Shown one piece after another: positions 18,583 through 27,972 of a stretch of DNA of 64,000 nucleotides. The stretch comes from Bacilli bacterium. GTDB lineage: Bacteria > Bacillota_I > Bacilli_A > RF39 > UBA660. Numbering within the stretch: position 1 is the stretch's first letter; each line of letters begins with the position of its first letter. A program made the translations under genes and the position numbers. The notes beneath the pieces were generated by a model. That model was given only the letters and a program-made list of their open reading frames with translations. It was not told where the DNA came from and searched no databases. The DNA is taken from the NCBI GenBank assembly GCA_045649455.1, contig JAZRPV010000058.1:106-64105 (forward strand). The letters are read 5' to 3'.

Positions 18583-19827
18583 CTATTTTACGATATATGG
18601 ATTTTCTTTTGATCCATCTCCACTCTTATAAAGTGTTCTTGAATTTAAGTGAATAACTGGTCTTAAATTAGAATAGTTATTTACTGTTTTTGTTTTAATT
18701 TCTCCATCTGTATCGATTGAGTAAGCTTCATAAGTATTTTCTTTTACTGGAGTTACTGTCCACCATTCTTCACCATTTACTAAATAGTTATAATTTTGGC
18801 ATGCTGCAGATAAAGAATTTTTACAATTAGTATCAGTACTTGCTGACATATATTCAGATACTGTTAGTAATCCTACTAATTGTTGTTTTGCTACTTCTCT
18901 ACATTCAGATGCATTATCTGAACCTTGTTCAGTTTTTGAACGTTTTCCAGTACATAAGTTGAATGGTACTATACGTGCTTTATCTTTATCACTTAAGAAC
19001 AATTCGGCATCTTCTGTATCTTCTGGATATTTTAAGAATTCATTAATACTTTCTCTAATTCTACTTGTTGAATAAGTATTAATTCCAGAAGCATAGTCAA
19101 CTGAGTGATTATATCTATCATCCCATGGTAATCCATATGATGGATATTCATCAGTAATTAATACCATTTCTCCTGTTGAAGTTATTTTTACAATTCTCCA
19201 TACTCTTAAATCTAATTGTACATAGTTATTAACAACTTCTCCACGGAATACTTTGTTTCCTGCTTTATTATATAGACCATATCCATTTGAAGTATTTTTA
19301 TTATTACTTTCTACTACTCTATATAATTCTTGAGTCATGTATAATTCACCACAATTTAATTTTGGTGTATATAAGTGTGTTCCGTTAGAACTTTGTACAT
19401 TAACTGATCCTGTACATACTGAACCTTCTGGTACATATTCTTCTAATGGTTTCATTTCTCCTGCTGCAGAAAGTGTTCCACAATCTATTTCAATTGAAGA
19501 TGTTCCTGTTGGTAAACTTTCTGGATGCTTTTGAAAATATGATTCAGCGGCATTTACCATAATTGTTTCAATTTCTTCATATGTGTATGATCTGTTTATT
19601 AAGCTTAATACAATTATTATTAATAATACAACAATTACAATACCACCAATTATTACGAAAGCAAATTTAGTCATTTGGTCTTTCATATTAGGTTGATTAT
19701 ATGATGAAGTTTGTTCTTCATAATCATCTTCTTCATCATACTCATCAATTATTATTTCCGCTTCTTTTTCTTTTGTTGTTTGTGTTTCTTTAATATTTTT
19801 TGCTAAATTGAAATCAGTATCTTTCAT
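18583..19827 (-). CDS. Membrane-anchored surface protein with one WRI/NPY module (paralogous to the modules in 41315-43225)
   Basis: Acidic N-terminus, single TM (FAFVIIGGIVIVVLLIIIVLSLI) and an 8-Cys ectodomain. Contains RVWRIVKITSTGEMVLI and the C-terminal LRPVIHLNSRTLYKSGDGSKENPYIVK. Confidence 0.6.
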   Translation of the reverse strand: MKDTDFNLAKNIKETQTTKEKEAEIIIDEYDEEDDYEEQTSSYNQPNMKDQMTKFAFVIIGGIVIVVLLIIIVLSLINRSYTYEEIETIMVNAAESYFQKHPESLPTGTSSIEIDCGTLSAAGEMKPLEEYVPEGSVCTGSVNVQSSNGTHLYTPKLNCGELYMTQELYRVVESNNKNTSNGYGLYNKAGNKVFRGEVVNNYVQLDLRVWRIVKITSTGEMVLITDEYPSYGLPWDDRYNHSVDYASGINTYSTSRIRESINEFLKYPEDTEDAELFLSDKDKARIVPFNLCTGKRSKTEQGSDNASECREVAKQQLVGLLTVSEYMSASTDTNCKNSLSAACQNYNYLVNGEEWWTVTPVKENTYEAYSIDTDGEIKTKTVNNYSNLRPVIHLNSRTLYKSGDGSKENPYIVK

Positions 19828-19844
19828 ATTTATATCTCCTTTTA

Positions 19845-22127
19845 TTAATTATCAAAAAAATCATCGAAGAAGTCATCGTCGTCATTATCATCTGGAATAT
19901 CAAGATTAATTGAAGGTTTTACTGGTTCTTCTTGTAATCTTGGTAACTCTTTTGGTTGTTCATTAACTACAACTGGTTTTGCAGGTTCCAATTTTGGAAG
20001 TGTTGTTGGTTCAAATACATCTTCATCTAATTTTTCAATTGGTTTTGATTCTGCTATTGTTTCTTTTATTTCTTTCTTTTCTTCTGCTTCGATTTCTGCT
20101 ATTTTTGCATCTATTTTCTTGATTAATTCATCAACATTGAATCCAAAATCTTCATCATCTTCTGCTGGAACTGGATCACTTAATCTTTCTGGTTTAGTGA
20201 TTGGTCTTACAGGATTAGAAGATTTACCTCTACTCATTCCCATTTCCATTGGAGGAAATTCAAATTCTTTTTTATCTTCTAATGGTTCATCTTTTCTTGT
20301 TAAGAAATCTGGTAAGGCTTGAGATTGATTTGAATTTGCTTGACGCATTAAATCAATCGGAGGCATATCTGTTGGTAGAGATTTCTTATCCATATCAGCA
20401 TTATTCATCATTTCTAGTAATTTCTTCTTTTTTTGAGACTTAACAAACTCTTTAATATCGAATGTTCTTACCGGTCTCTTAGCTCTTGTTGGATATTTTG
20501 CTGTTGGATATCTTTCACCCCAATCTAATTGGAAGTATGGAGTAAATTTAGTTTTAAATGGTTGTTTTCTGATTCTTAAGATAATTACTTCGAATTGTTT
20601 CATACGTTGTAAGTCTGAAACTGTTACTAATGGTGTTGATGCAGTTTTATCATCTTTCTTAGATTTAACTTCACCACACATCTTAGAAATTTCTTCTAAG
20701 GCTTTTAATTCGGTTGTAATTAAGTAAATAATATTACCACAGTTACCTCTAATTGTTTCAGCATCTTCTTTTCCATACACTGAATCTAATTGAGCAAAGT
20801 TTTGGATAATCATTGTAAATCTAATTGCTCTGGAACGGGCAGCTGTGATCATTGTTGTAACATCTTTTAGTGGAGGCATGTTAGCAAACTCATCTAATAA
20901 GAAGTTTGTTCTAACAGGTAATTTACCACCGTGTTTTTGTGCTACTGAAATTAATGTTTCATAAATTTGTTTTAATAAAATTGTTACTAATGAGTGATAT
21001 GTTTTCTTTTCATCTTGAATAACGATGAATACAGCAGTTGGTCTTTCACCAATACTTTCTAAGTCTATATCACTGTGTGATAACATCTCACTTAAGTTTT
21101 CACGAGATGCGAATAATTTAACTTTTTGTTTGAATACTGAAAGGATTGATCCTTTTGTTTCTGATGGTGCCATGATTGTACTTGATGCATTGATTGCTGC
21201 AGCACTTGCAGGATCTTTTGCCGCAAAGTATTCTTTAATATATGTTGATGCTCCAAATTTTTCTTCACCAATTGTAGTTGCTAATGAAATACTATTGATG
21301 TTTATTTCTTCTGGTCTTGCATCTTCAAATAATCCTAAGGCTACTCCAGAGAAATAGTCTGCTGATGTTTTTTCCCAGAATGGATCAGCATTTTTATTTG
21401 AATCATCATAAAGGATGTTTAAAGCTAAGTCATCTAATAACTCAATTGCTTTATCTTGTTTACCCATTTTATACATTTTATATGGTAGTGACATTGGGTT
21501 CCATGCATTACCATTTTGAGGATCACGGAAATTTAGTAATAGTATTTGATATCCTTTTTTACGTAGCATTACACTAGTTTTTTCATAAATTTCACCTTTA
21601 GGGTCAGTGATAATCATAGATTCTCTAGCTTTTGCTAAACTATGTACTAAAGGAAGAATAACAGTTTGAGTTTTACCAGAACCAGTTGCCCCGATTACTA
21701 ATGAGTGGTATTCACTATTATCTACCCACATTTCATCTTTATTTAATACTAATGGAACTCCAGCTGTTTTAGATCTTTTTTGTTGAATTTTAACACATTC
21801 TAATTCTTCTTTAATTTCTTTTTCTTTTGCCCATCTAGAATATCCTTTATCTTTCTTTTCAGTTGTTAATCCAAATCCTTTTTCTCTTTCAAAGAAATAT
21901 GATTTTACACTAACAAATAATCCTATGATTGATAAGATGTAAACAAAGATTGTATCTAAAATGTGGTCTGGCATTAAAGCTGGCAAAGGATTTAATCCTG
22001 ATAATCTACCTGCTTGTGCAAATGTTAATATATTTGACACTGCCATAGCAATTACAAAGAATAATACGATTGCAATAATCATAAAACGCATTAGATCTTC
22101 TGGTGTTGCTCTAAATTTAAATTTCAT
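19845..22127 (-). CDS. VirD4/TraG-type type IV coupling protein with a long acidic C-terminal tail
   Basis: Two N-terminal TM helices, Walker A GATGSGKTQ and FLLDEFANMP. About 215 residues of low-complexity P/E/K tail end in DDNDDDDFFDDFFDN. Confidence 0.88.
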   Translation of the reverse strand: MKFKFRATPEDLMRFMIIAIVLFFVIAMAVSNILTFAQAGRLSGLNPLPALMPDHILDTIFVYILSIIGLFVSVKSYFFEREKGFGLTTEKKDKGYSRWAKEKEIKEELECVKIQQKRSKTAGVPLVLNKDEMWVDNSEYHSLVIGATGSGKTQTVILPLVHSLAKARESMIITDPKGEIYEKTSVMLRKKGYQILLLNFRDPQNGNAWNPMSLPYKMYKMGKQDKAIELLDDLALNILYDDSNKNADPFWEKTSADYFSGVALGLFEDARPEEININSISLATTIGEEKFGASTYIKEYFAAKDPASAAAINASSTIMAPSETKGSILSVFKQKVKLFASRENLSEMLSHSDIDLESIGERPTAVFIVIQDEKKTYHSLVTILLKQIYETLISVAQKHGGKLPVRTNFLLDEFANMPPLKDVTTMITAARSRAIRFTMIIQNFAQLDSVYGKEDAETIRGNCGNIIYLITTELKALEEISKMCGEVKSKKDDKTASTPLVTVSDLQRMKQFEVIILRIRKQPFKTKFTPYFQLDWGERYPTAKYPTRAKRPVRTFDIKEFVKSQKKKKLLEMMNNADMDKKSLPTDMPPIDLMRQANSNQSQALPDFLTRKDEPLEDKKEFEFPPMEMGMSRGKSSNPVRPITKPERLSDPVPAEDDEDFGFNVDELIKKIDAKIAEIEAEEKKEIKETIAESKPIEKLDEDVFEPTTLPKLEPAKPVVVNEQPKELPRLQEEPVKPSINLDIPDDNDDDDFFDDFFDN

Positions 22128-22151
22128 ACTATTACTTCCCTTCTGGTTTTT

Positions 22152-22160
22152 ATTATAACA
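22152..22160 (-). promoter_or_regulatory. Candidate extended -10 promoter (TGTTATAAT) upstream of the VirD4-like gene
   Basis: TGnTATAAT lies in the 52-nt gap, about 25 nt upstream of the ATG at 22127. AT-rich background makes chance matches common. Confidence 0.3.
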
Positions 22161-22179
22161 TTAAGTTTATTTTATTTCA

Positions 22180-22956
22180 TTATTGATTTGATATAAGTAA
22201 ATCAAATTTTTCTTTATTTAATTGAAATAACATGTCTTCTGGTTCTTGTACACTATATTTTGCACAAGTTAGTATTAATTCATGTTTGTCATCATCATTT
22301 ATATCTAAGAATGTTCTAATATATGGCTTACATCCATTACCATAATTAGCTTTTTCTATATTAGTATACATTGAATATATTTTTTGTTCTTTTACCATAA
22401 ATACTATGGAGAATATTGTATCTGGATAAAAATCTGAAGCAAAAGCGTTACTTATAACATAGAATTGTTCTTCTACTCCATCAGCATCAATATCAAAATT
22501 AACAATATTATTAACTGTCATTTGTGATGATGTTGATAAATTATTATCTTTTAAGACTTGATGTACATAAGTGTTATTGTTATTTTCTTTTGTTTCAAAC
22601 TCTTTAATTTTTAAATCGTAGTTAGCTTTATATGCAATTAATTCTCCTTCCATTTTTACGGCTGTCTTATTTGAATTAAAAGCATACCATTTGTTGTCAT
22701 CATACCACATAGAGTACTCTCCAAAATATTTATTATCTAAAAATACTTTGTACTCTTGCCAATTTAATGAATCTAATGTTTCTTCTCTTGTTATATTTAA
22801 CCATGACTTGTTGGAGTAATCCCAAACAGTATTATCTCCAACAAGTAAAGTTAATTTTCTTTGTCCATTTTTTATGTTAGAAAGTCCATAAATTAGAAAA
22901 AAGACTACTAAATATACTACTAAAATAATTGTAATTACTTTATATCTACTTGACAT
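22180..22956 (-). CDS. Bitopic membrane protein of unknown function (VirB8/TcpC-like candidate by position and topology only)
   Basis: N-terminal TM (VITIILVVYLVVFFLIYGL) plus a ~225-aa ectodomain, located between the wall hydrolase and VirD4. Confidence 0.5.
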   Translation of the reverse strand: MSSRYKVITIILVVYLVVFFLIYGLSNIKNGQRKLTLLVGDNTVWDYSNKSWLNITREETLDSLNWQEYKVFLDNKYFGEYSMWYDDNKWYAFNSNKTAVKMEGELIAYKANYDLKIKEFETKENNNNTYVHQVLKDNNLSTSSQMTVNNIVNFDIDADGVEEQFYVISNAFASDFYPDTIFSIVFMVKEQKIYSMYTNIEKANYGNGCKPYIRTFLDINDDDKHELILTCAKYSVQEPEDMLFQLNKEKFDLLISNQ

Positions 22957-22969
22957 TAAATCACCCTAT

Positions 22970-25291
22970 TTATACTTTGTACCAAGCTAATGTACTTGTG
23001 TTTCTCCAATTATATTGACCCCACATGTCTGTTGATGAACTTCCTGGGTCCATCATTATGATTGTATCACCTTGAACGGCATCTATTGCTACCCAGTGTT
23101 GTCCTGTGTTACCTTTTACTTCGGCAACTACATAGTATCCAGCACTTAACATTTCTTTAATTTTGTTCATTTTTTGTTGTCTACTTTGACTATGGATATT
23201 TATTTGTCCTTGATAAATAAATCCTGGACATGCTTTTGTTGCAGCACCCCATACAAAGTTTCCACCACTTACAAATCCACCATTTCTATTTAAGAATTCT
23301 ACAAATGTTCCTGGGTTGAAATCACCTTGAATATTTGTTGGTAAACCGCTCTTGGCAATTAACATTGATACAGATGTTGCTAAACATCCAATTTGTTTAA
23401 TTGTTTTTCCACTGTTACCCATTGGTACGCCAATCCATGGACCTTCATATTGTTTCCAACTTGCAAATGGTCCAGTTGAAACCATTCCACATGCAGAATT
23501 GTTTCCTGAATTACATGCCATCTTTTGGATATCGGCTGCACCTGAGGCTCTTTTTCCAGTGTTATATATTTCCATTAATATTTGTTTATAATTATATCCT
23601 TGTTTTGCAAGTGCATTAAATTTATTTTGTTCTGTAGATGTATATCCTGTTGAAATAATATATCCGTTGGCATCTACTAATACTTCTCCTTGGGTTTCAG
23701 CAGCAGCTACTCTTATTACACTATCTGCTGGTAATGGATTTCCTCTATTTCTTCCACCTGGTACATGACCACTTACAACATAACCACCTTGGCCATCTCC
23801 ACCACCCATTGCTGTACATCCTTCATTGATGTTACAGAACACTTGGTCGGCTACGCATGATGAAATTTGTAATATCCATTGTCCGTTTTCTTGCTCTAAC
23901 TTTAATCCTCGAGCATTTCCCATCGCAGTAGGTCTAGCTAAAGCAAAGCTTCTTGCCGCTACCATTTGAGCTTTAATTGCTTCAATATGGAACGATGTTC
24001 CTACTTCGGCATAAGCAACTCCTGCTACATAATCTTCAAATGGAACTAAATCTTGATCAATTGGTGTTGTGTAATTTCCATTTCCATATTTACCACCACA
24101 TTGCATTAATCTAACCATTAAGTTAGAAATTTGTAATGCCTTAGTATATGTTCCACTTCCACCTATTCTAAATCCTTTTATATCATATATACATGTTCCT
24201 GTTGCAGCACATGTTGTTGAATCTTTTCCAATTAAATCAAAATATCTAGATATATAATCAAAGACATCTTCTGTCAATTGTTCTCTATCTGCTTGTGATT
24301 TTGTTGGGAAGTATTTTTTAAATATTTTATTTGTTAGATTTTGTTTAAATAAATCTTCATTATAACTATTACCTTGGAACATAGCATTTGCTATTTCTTG
24401 TAATCTGGCTTTAGTCATATATTTGTAATTATAATCAGGATTATTAACACTTAGAACGTGATAAACAGCTACAAGTTTAATTGTATCTACTGATTTACCT
24501 CGTGTTTGATAATCTAATTTAATATCATTTAATCTTTCATAGAAAGCTTTGGCATCTTTATTTTCTGGTTGGAAGTCAATTCCACCATTTTCTCCACCAC
24601 TATATGTTGCAGCTCCTAGGGCATCGTTATATTCTCCAATACTTCCAGAACCAGCACTAGCAACTACAGTAATTAATAGTATACCAACTAATCCTCCTAC
24701 GATAAGTCCTAGTATCATTTTTTGTTTGAAAGTTAATTTTGCTGAAAAGTTAAATCCACCTTTTGAAGAATCTTCATCAGCTTCTTCTCCTGGAGGTGTA
24801 TCATCTCCACCAAATGAACTACCAAAACCACCTGATTTTCCACCTAAAGCTCCAAGTCCTGATTTTTCTCCTCCACCTGATGGTGTTGATCCAGAACCCA
24901 TACTTGAAGCGGCTCCTCCTGCGGCATTTGCAGCTGCTCCACCAGTACCACCGGCTCCACCTTTACCGCCATACATATCAATTCCTTTGTCAACAGCATC
25001 TGTTACTCCTGAATCATTTAATTGTTTGGCAGCTTTACCCATTCCGGGCATTCTATTTAAGGCTTGTCCACCTTTATTTAATATCTGTTGTCCTGCTTTA
25101 GTATTGGCAAGTGCATCTACTGCTTTACCGCCAAGAGGGCCTGCATAGTATGTTGCGGCCCCTTTTGCGGCAGTCTTTAAAGCTTTTGCCGAAGCTTGTT
25201 GTTCTTGTTGTTTTTGACTTTGTTTTTCATCCATTGGCGATGCTTCATTGCCACTAAAATTTGAATTGTTTCTTCTACCTTCGTATGACAT
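22970..25291 (-). CDS. T4SS-associated cell-wall hydrolase: Gly-rich N-terminal region, TM, SpoIID/LytB-like domain, C-terminal papain-like Cys peptidase (C39-like/CHAP-like)
   Basis: About 195 aa of G/A/S-rich sequence, then TM ILGLIVGGLVGILLITVV. SpoIID-like EDYVAGVAYAEVG...IKAQMVAARSFAL. C-terminal IGCLATSVSML ... GQHWVAIDAV Cys/His pair. Confidence 0.75.
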   Translation of the reverse strand: MSYEGRRNNSNFSGNEASPMDEKQSQKQQEQQASAKALKTAAKGAATYYAGPLGGKAVDALANTKAGQQILNKGGQALNRMPGMGKAAKQLNDSGVTDAVDKGIDMYGGKGGAGGTGGAAANAAGGAASSMGSGSTPSGGGEKSGLGALGGKSGGFGSSFGGDDTPPGEEADEDSSKGGFNFSAKLTFKQKMILGLIVGGLVGILLITVVASAGSGSIGEYNDALGAATYSGGENGGIDFQPENKDAKAFYERLNDIKLDYQTRGKSVDTIKLVAVYHVLSVNNPDYNYKYMTKARLQEIANAMFQGNSYNEDLFKQNLTNKIFKKYFPTKSQADREQLTEDVFDYISRYFDLIGKDSTTCAATGTCIYDIKGFRIGGSGTYTKALQISNLMVRLMQCGGKYGNGNYTTPIDQDLVPFEDYVAGVAYAEVGTSFHIEAIKAQMVAARSFALARPTAMGNARGLKLEQENGQWILQISSCVADQVFCNINEGCTAMGGGDGQGGYVVSGHVPGGRNRGNPLPADSVIRVAAAETQGEVLVDANGYIISTGYTSTEQNKFNALAKQGYNYKQILMEIYNTGKRASGAADIQKMACNSGNNSACGMVSTGPFASWKQYEGPWIGVPMGNSGKTIKQIGCLATSVSMLIAKSGLPTNIQGDFNPGTFVEFLNRNGGFVSGGNFVWGAATKACPGFIYQGQINIHSQSRQQKMNKIKEMLSAGYYVVAEVKGNTGQHWVAIDAVQGDTIIMMDPGSSSTDMWGQYNWRNTSTLAWYKV

Positions 25292-25312
25292 TTACATCAC
25301 CTTACTTCTTTT

Positions 25313-27103
25313 CTAGAATCCTCCGCCTGAACCAAATGAATCTAATTCTTCTTTTGTTACGGCTACATTTATTCTCATACGACGAGAACCACATACGAAT
25401 AAAGCTTCTCCTTGAGAATAGTGTTTAATACTATCTTTTTCATTTTCATTTAAATCAATTAATTGACTTAAATCTTCAACTGCTTGTTTCTTTAATCCCA
25501 TTACTAAATAGTAAGAAGCATTATCGAAAATAGCTTTACCTTGAGTGATTACTGATGGTGCAGCAAAGTCACTAGGTTGTTGTGTAATGATAATTGTTCC
25601 TGTATTGTACTTACGAGCACGTCTTTGTACTTGAGCTAAGAAATCAGCTCCTAATACGTTATTTTCTCCTAATAACACGTGTGCTTCATCAATCATCATT
25701 ATTGTATCAATATTGTAATCTAAACATAGTCCCCATGCGAATTTAATTACATTAAAGAATAATGCATTTCTAATATTTGAATCAGTATTCATTAATTCTT
25801 TAATATTAAATACCATGAAGTCACTGTTTTTACGAATTGTTGTATGACCATTGAAATAGAATTGTAATTCTTTTGTTAATGGTCTTACTTTTAATTCAAG
25901 ACGTTCCATAATATCACGTTCTTGAGTCATATCTGTCATTGACATTAAACGACCTCTAATTGTTGCATATACGTCAGAGAATGTTGGATAATCTTTTGAT
26001 GTATAGTTTGAGAAATCTGTATTAAAGTCAATACCAAATCTTTTGTATGTATCTTGTACAACTTCACTAAACATTGTTAATACATCTTCTTGAATAGATG
26101 GATCATAATATTTCATGAAAGCTTTTAAGAATTGAAGTGTTCTTGTTAATACTGTGTATCCAAGACCTTGTTTAATTTCTTCTTCATCAGCATCTATAAT
26201 TACTTCTAATGGGTTAATTAAACCAAATTGTCCACCTTTACCGATGTCAACACAGTCTCCACCAAATGCTTTTGTAATTTCACGATATTCATCTTCTGGG
26301 TCAACTACTACGATTTGACAACCATTTCTGATATGTGTTCTTAACATTAATTTAGCTGCTGTAGATTTTCCTGATCCTGATGTACCAAGAATAATCATGT
26401 TAGCATTATTTCTGTTATGTTCTTTTCTTATCTTATATAAGAATTGATTAAATAAAATAACTCCTCCAGAGAAGTCTACTCCTAATAAAGTAGAAAGTCC
26501 TGGGTCTTTAATACTATCAAAAATAAATGGATACATTGCTGACATTGTTACTGATGGAATCGGTGTTCCAATTCTTTGTTCAATATCTTGAGATGGGAAA
26601 ATTGGTAAAATTGATTTTAATACCTTTTCTTGTTCAAAACGTAAAGATACAGCTTTTAATTCCATTGCATCTAAGTAGTTTTTAACATTTACTTTCTTCA
26701 TTTCAAGTTCTTCTTTTGTATCAGCAGTTATCATAATATGCATTTGGAAATCAAATACTTTTGATTGTCCACCTGCAATCATTGAAGTGAAGTATTCCAA
26801 ACTTTCAGCATCTTGTCTAATTCTTTCACGTACTGTTTGGTCTCTTTCAGTTCTATATCTTTCTTTCAAGTCTGCAACTTGTTTATTTAACATTTTAACC
26901 ATTTCTTGAAATGGTACGGGGATGTGTTTTACAACTATTTTAATCCCAGGCATATTTGTTAATGAAGATAAATATCCTGGAGTAATATATTTTGGCCATG
27001 ATACAACTGTTAAGATAGTTGCATATTTATCACTTATAAAAAATTCACTCGCCGAAAATTGTAATCCTTTTGGCGCTATTTGACTTCTTAATCCTGTACT
27101 CAT
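25313..27103 (-). CDS. VirB4-type T4SS ATPase, C-terminal 596-aa part
   Basis: Walker A GTSGSGKST, Walker B MMIDEAH and a typical Gram-positive VirB4 middle region (IAPKGLQFSASEFFISDKY...). The start overlaps the upstream ORF stop as ATGA. Confidence 0.88.
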   Translation of the reverse strand: MSTGLRSQIAPKGLQFSASEFFISDKYATILTVVSWPKYITPGYLSSLTNMPGIKIVVKHIPVPFQEMVKMLNKQVADLKERYRTERDQTVRERIRQDAESLEYFTSMIAGGQSKVFDFQMHIMITADTKEELEMKKVNVKNYLDAMELKAVSLRFEQEKVLKSILPIFPSQDIEQRIGTPIPSVTMSAMYPFIFDSIKDPGLSTLLGVDFSGGVILFNQFLYKIRKEHNRNNANMIILGTSGSGKSTAAKLMLRTHIRNGCQIVVVDPEDEYREITKAFGGDCVDIGKGGQFGLINPLEVIIDADEEEIKQGLGYTVLTRTLQFLKAFMKYYDPSIQEDVLTMFSEVVQDTYKRFGIDFNTDFSNYTSKDYPTFSDVYATIRGRLMSMTDMTQERDIMERLELKVRPLTKELQFYFNGHTTIRKNSDFMVFNIKELMNTDSNIRNALFFNVIKFAWGLCLDYNIDTIMMIDEAHVLLGENNVLGADFLAQVQRRARKYNTGTIIITQQPSDFAAPSVITQGKAIFDNASYYLVMGLKKQAVEDLSQLIDLNENEKDSIKHYSQGEALFVCGSRRMRINVAVTKEELDSFGSGGGF

Positions 27104-27657
27104 ACTGGCATCACCATTCCAAACTCTGTTGTGTCTCCCCCATTTAAGAAGTTATCCATAATAACTCTTAAGTCTGCATTGCTTGCTTGTGAAGCATTTA
27201 GTCCACAAGTAGCTAATCCATTAATCATCATTCTTACTCTTTTTTGTAAAAGTTCAGGGTCTTTTGCTCTGAATAAGAAATAATATTCTGTATCTACGAT
27301 ATTGTTATGAATAAATGTTTGTCCTTTTTCAATATCTTGTCTAATTAATTTTCTAATCGCTGGATTTTGTGTTTCATTGTAAAGTAGTTGCATTTGTGAC
27401 ATGTAAACAGAAATATCTACAGGTCTGTCGGCAACAACTAACCAGAACTCAAAATCTATCATATTATAAAAGTTCTTTAATCCTATTAATGTATTTTCTT
27501 GCGAAATACCATCTAAGATGAAGATATTTTTTGGAGATATCTTAACTCCTGCAACTTTATGATTATCACGTGTAATAATCATATTGTTTTGAATACCTCT
27601 TAAAGGTAACCAATCTTCAGTATAACCACTACTTGGTTTTTTTGTTTTTGTAGCCAA
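27100..27657 (-). CDS. VirB4 N-terminal-domain-like protein (separate 185-aa ORF, TTG start)
   Basis: YTEDWLPLRGIQNNMIITRDNHKVAGVKISPKNIFILD... resembles the extreme N-terminus of Firmicute VirB4 proteins. 185 + 596 aa adds up to about one normal VirB4 length. Confidence 0.6.
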   Translation of the reverse strand: MATKTKKPSSGYTEDWLPLRGIQNNMIITRDNHKVAGVKISPKNIFILDGISQENTLIGLKNFYNMIDFEFWLVVADRPVDISVYMSQMQLLYNETQNPAIRKLIRQDIEKGQTFIHNNIVDTEYYFLFRAKDPELLQKRVRMMINGLATCGLNASQASNADLRVIMDNFLNGGDTTEFGMVMPV

Positions 27658-27949
27658 CTTTATAGCACCAACCTTTCCAACGATATGTTTGTCTGTTTGT
27701 TAAAAACTCGTATAGTTCAATTATTATATTCAGTACATTATGATAATAAGGTACTGGTAGTACCAAGAACCCGCATATTATTGCAGGGCTCAATACTAAG
27801 ATTGTAATGATTGGTGATGACATATCTGTTGTTGCCATCATAAATAATGAAACTAATATTCCACCAGCAAGGATTGCTAAATCATGGGGTTTAAAGAACC
27901 CTAGAATTAGTTTTCCTCTTTTTGTATTAGCAGGAATTAAATAATTCAC
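27629..27949 (-). CDS. PrgI/VirB3-like small membrane protein (GTG start)
   Basis: 106 aa. IPANTKRGKLILGFFKPHDLAILAGGILVSLFMM plus a second TM, directly upstream of VirB4 as in pCF10 and Tn916-type systems. Confidence 0.6.
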   Translation of the reverse strand: MNYLIPANTKRGKLILGFFKPHDLAILAGGILVSLFMMATTDMSSPIITILVLSPAIICGFLVLPVPYYHNVLNIIIELYEFLTNRQTYRWKGWCYKVGYKNKKTK

Positions 27950-27972
27950 TTATATCACACTCCCTAATTTTA

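Noticed and set aside
24549-25148. 199-aa Pro-rich plus-strand ORF, together with the 112-aa ORF at 24763-25101
   Set aside because: It is the antisense mirror of the Gly-rich (GGN-codon) N-terminal region of the minus-strand hydrolase gene. It has no RBS, and its low-complexity Pro/Ser/Ala composition is exactly what complementing Gly codons would produce.
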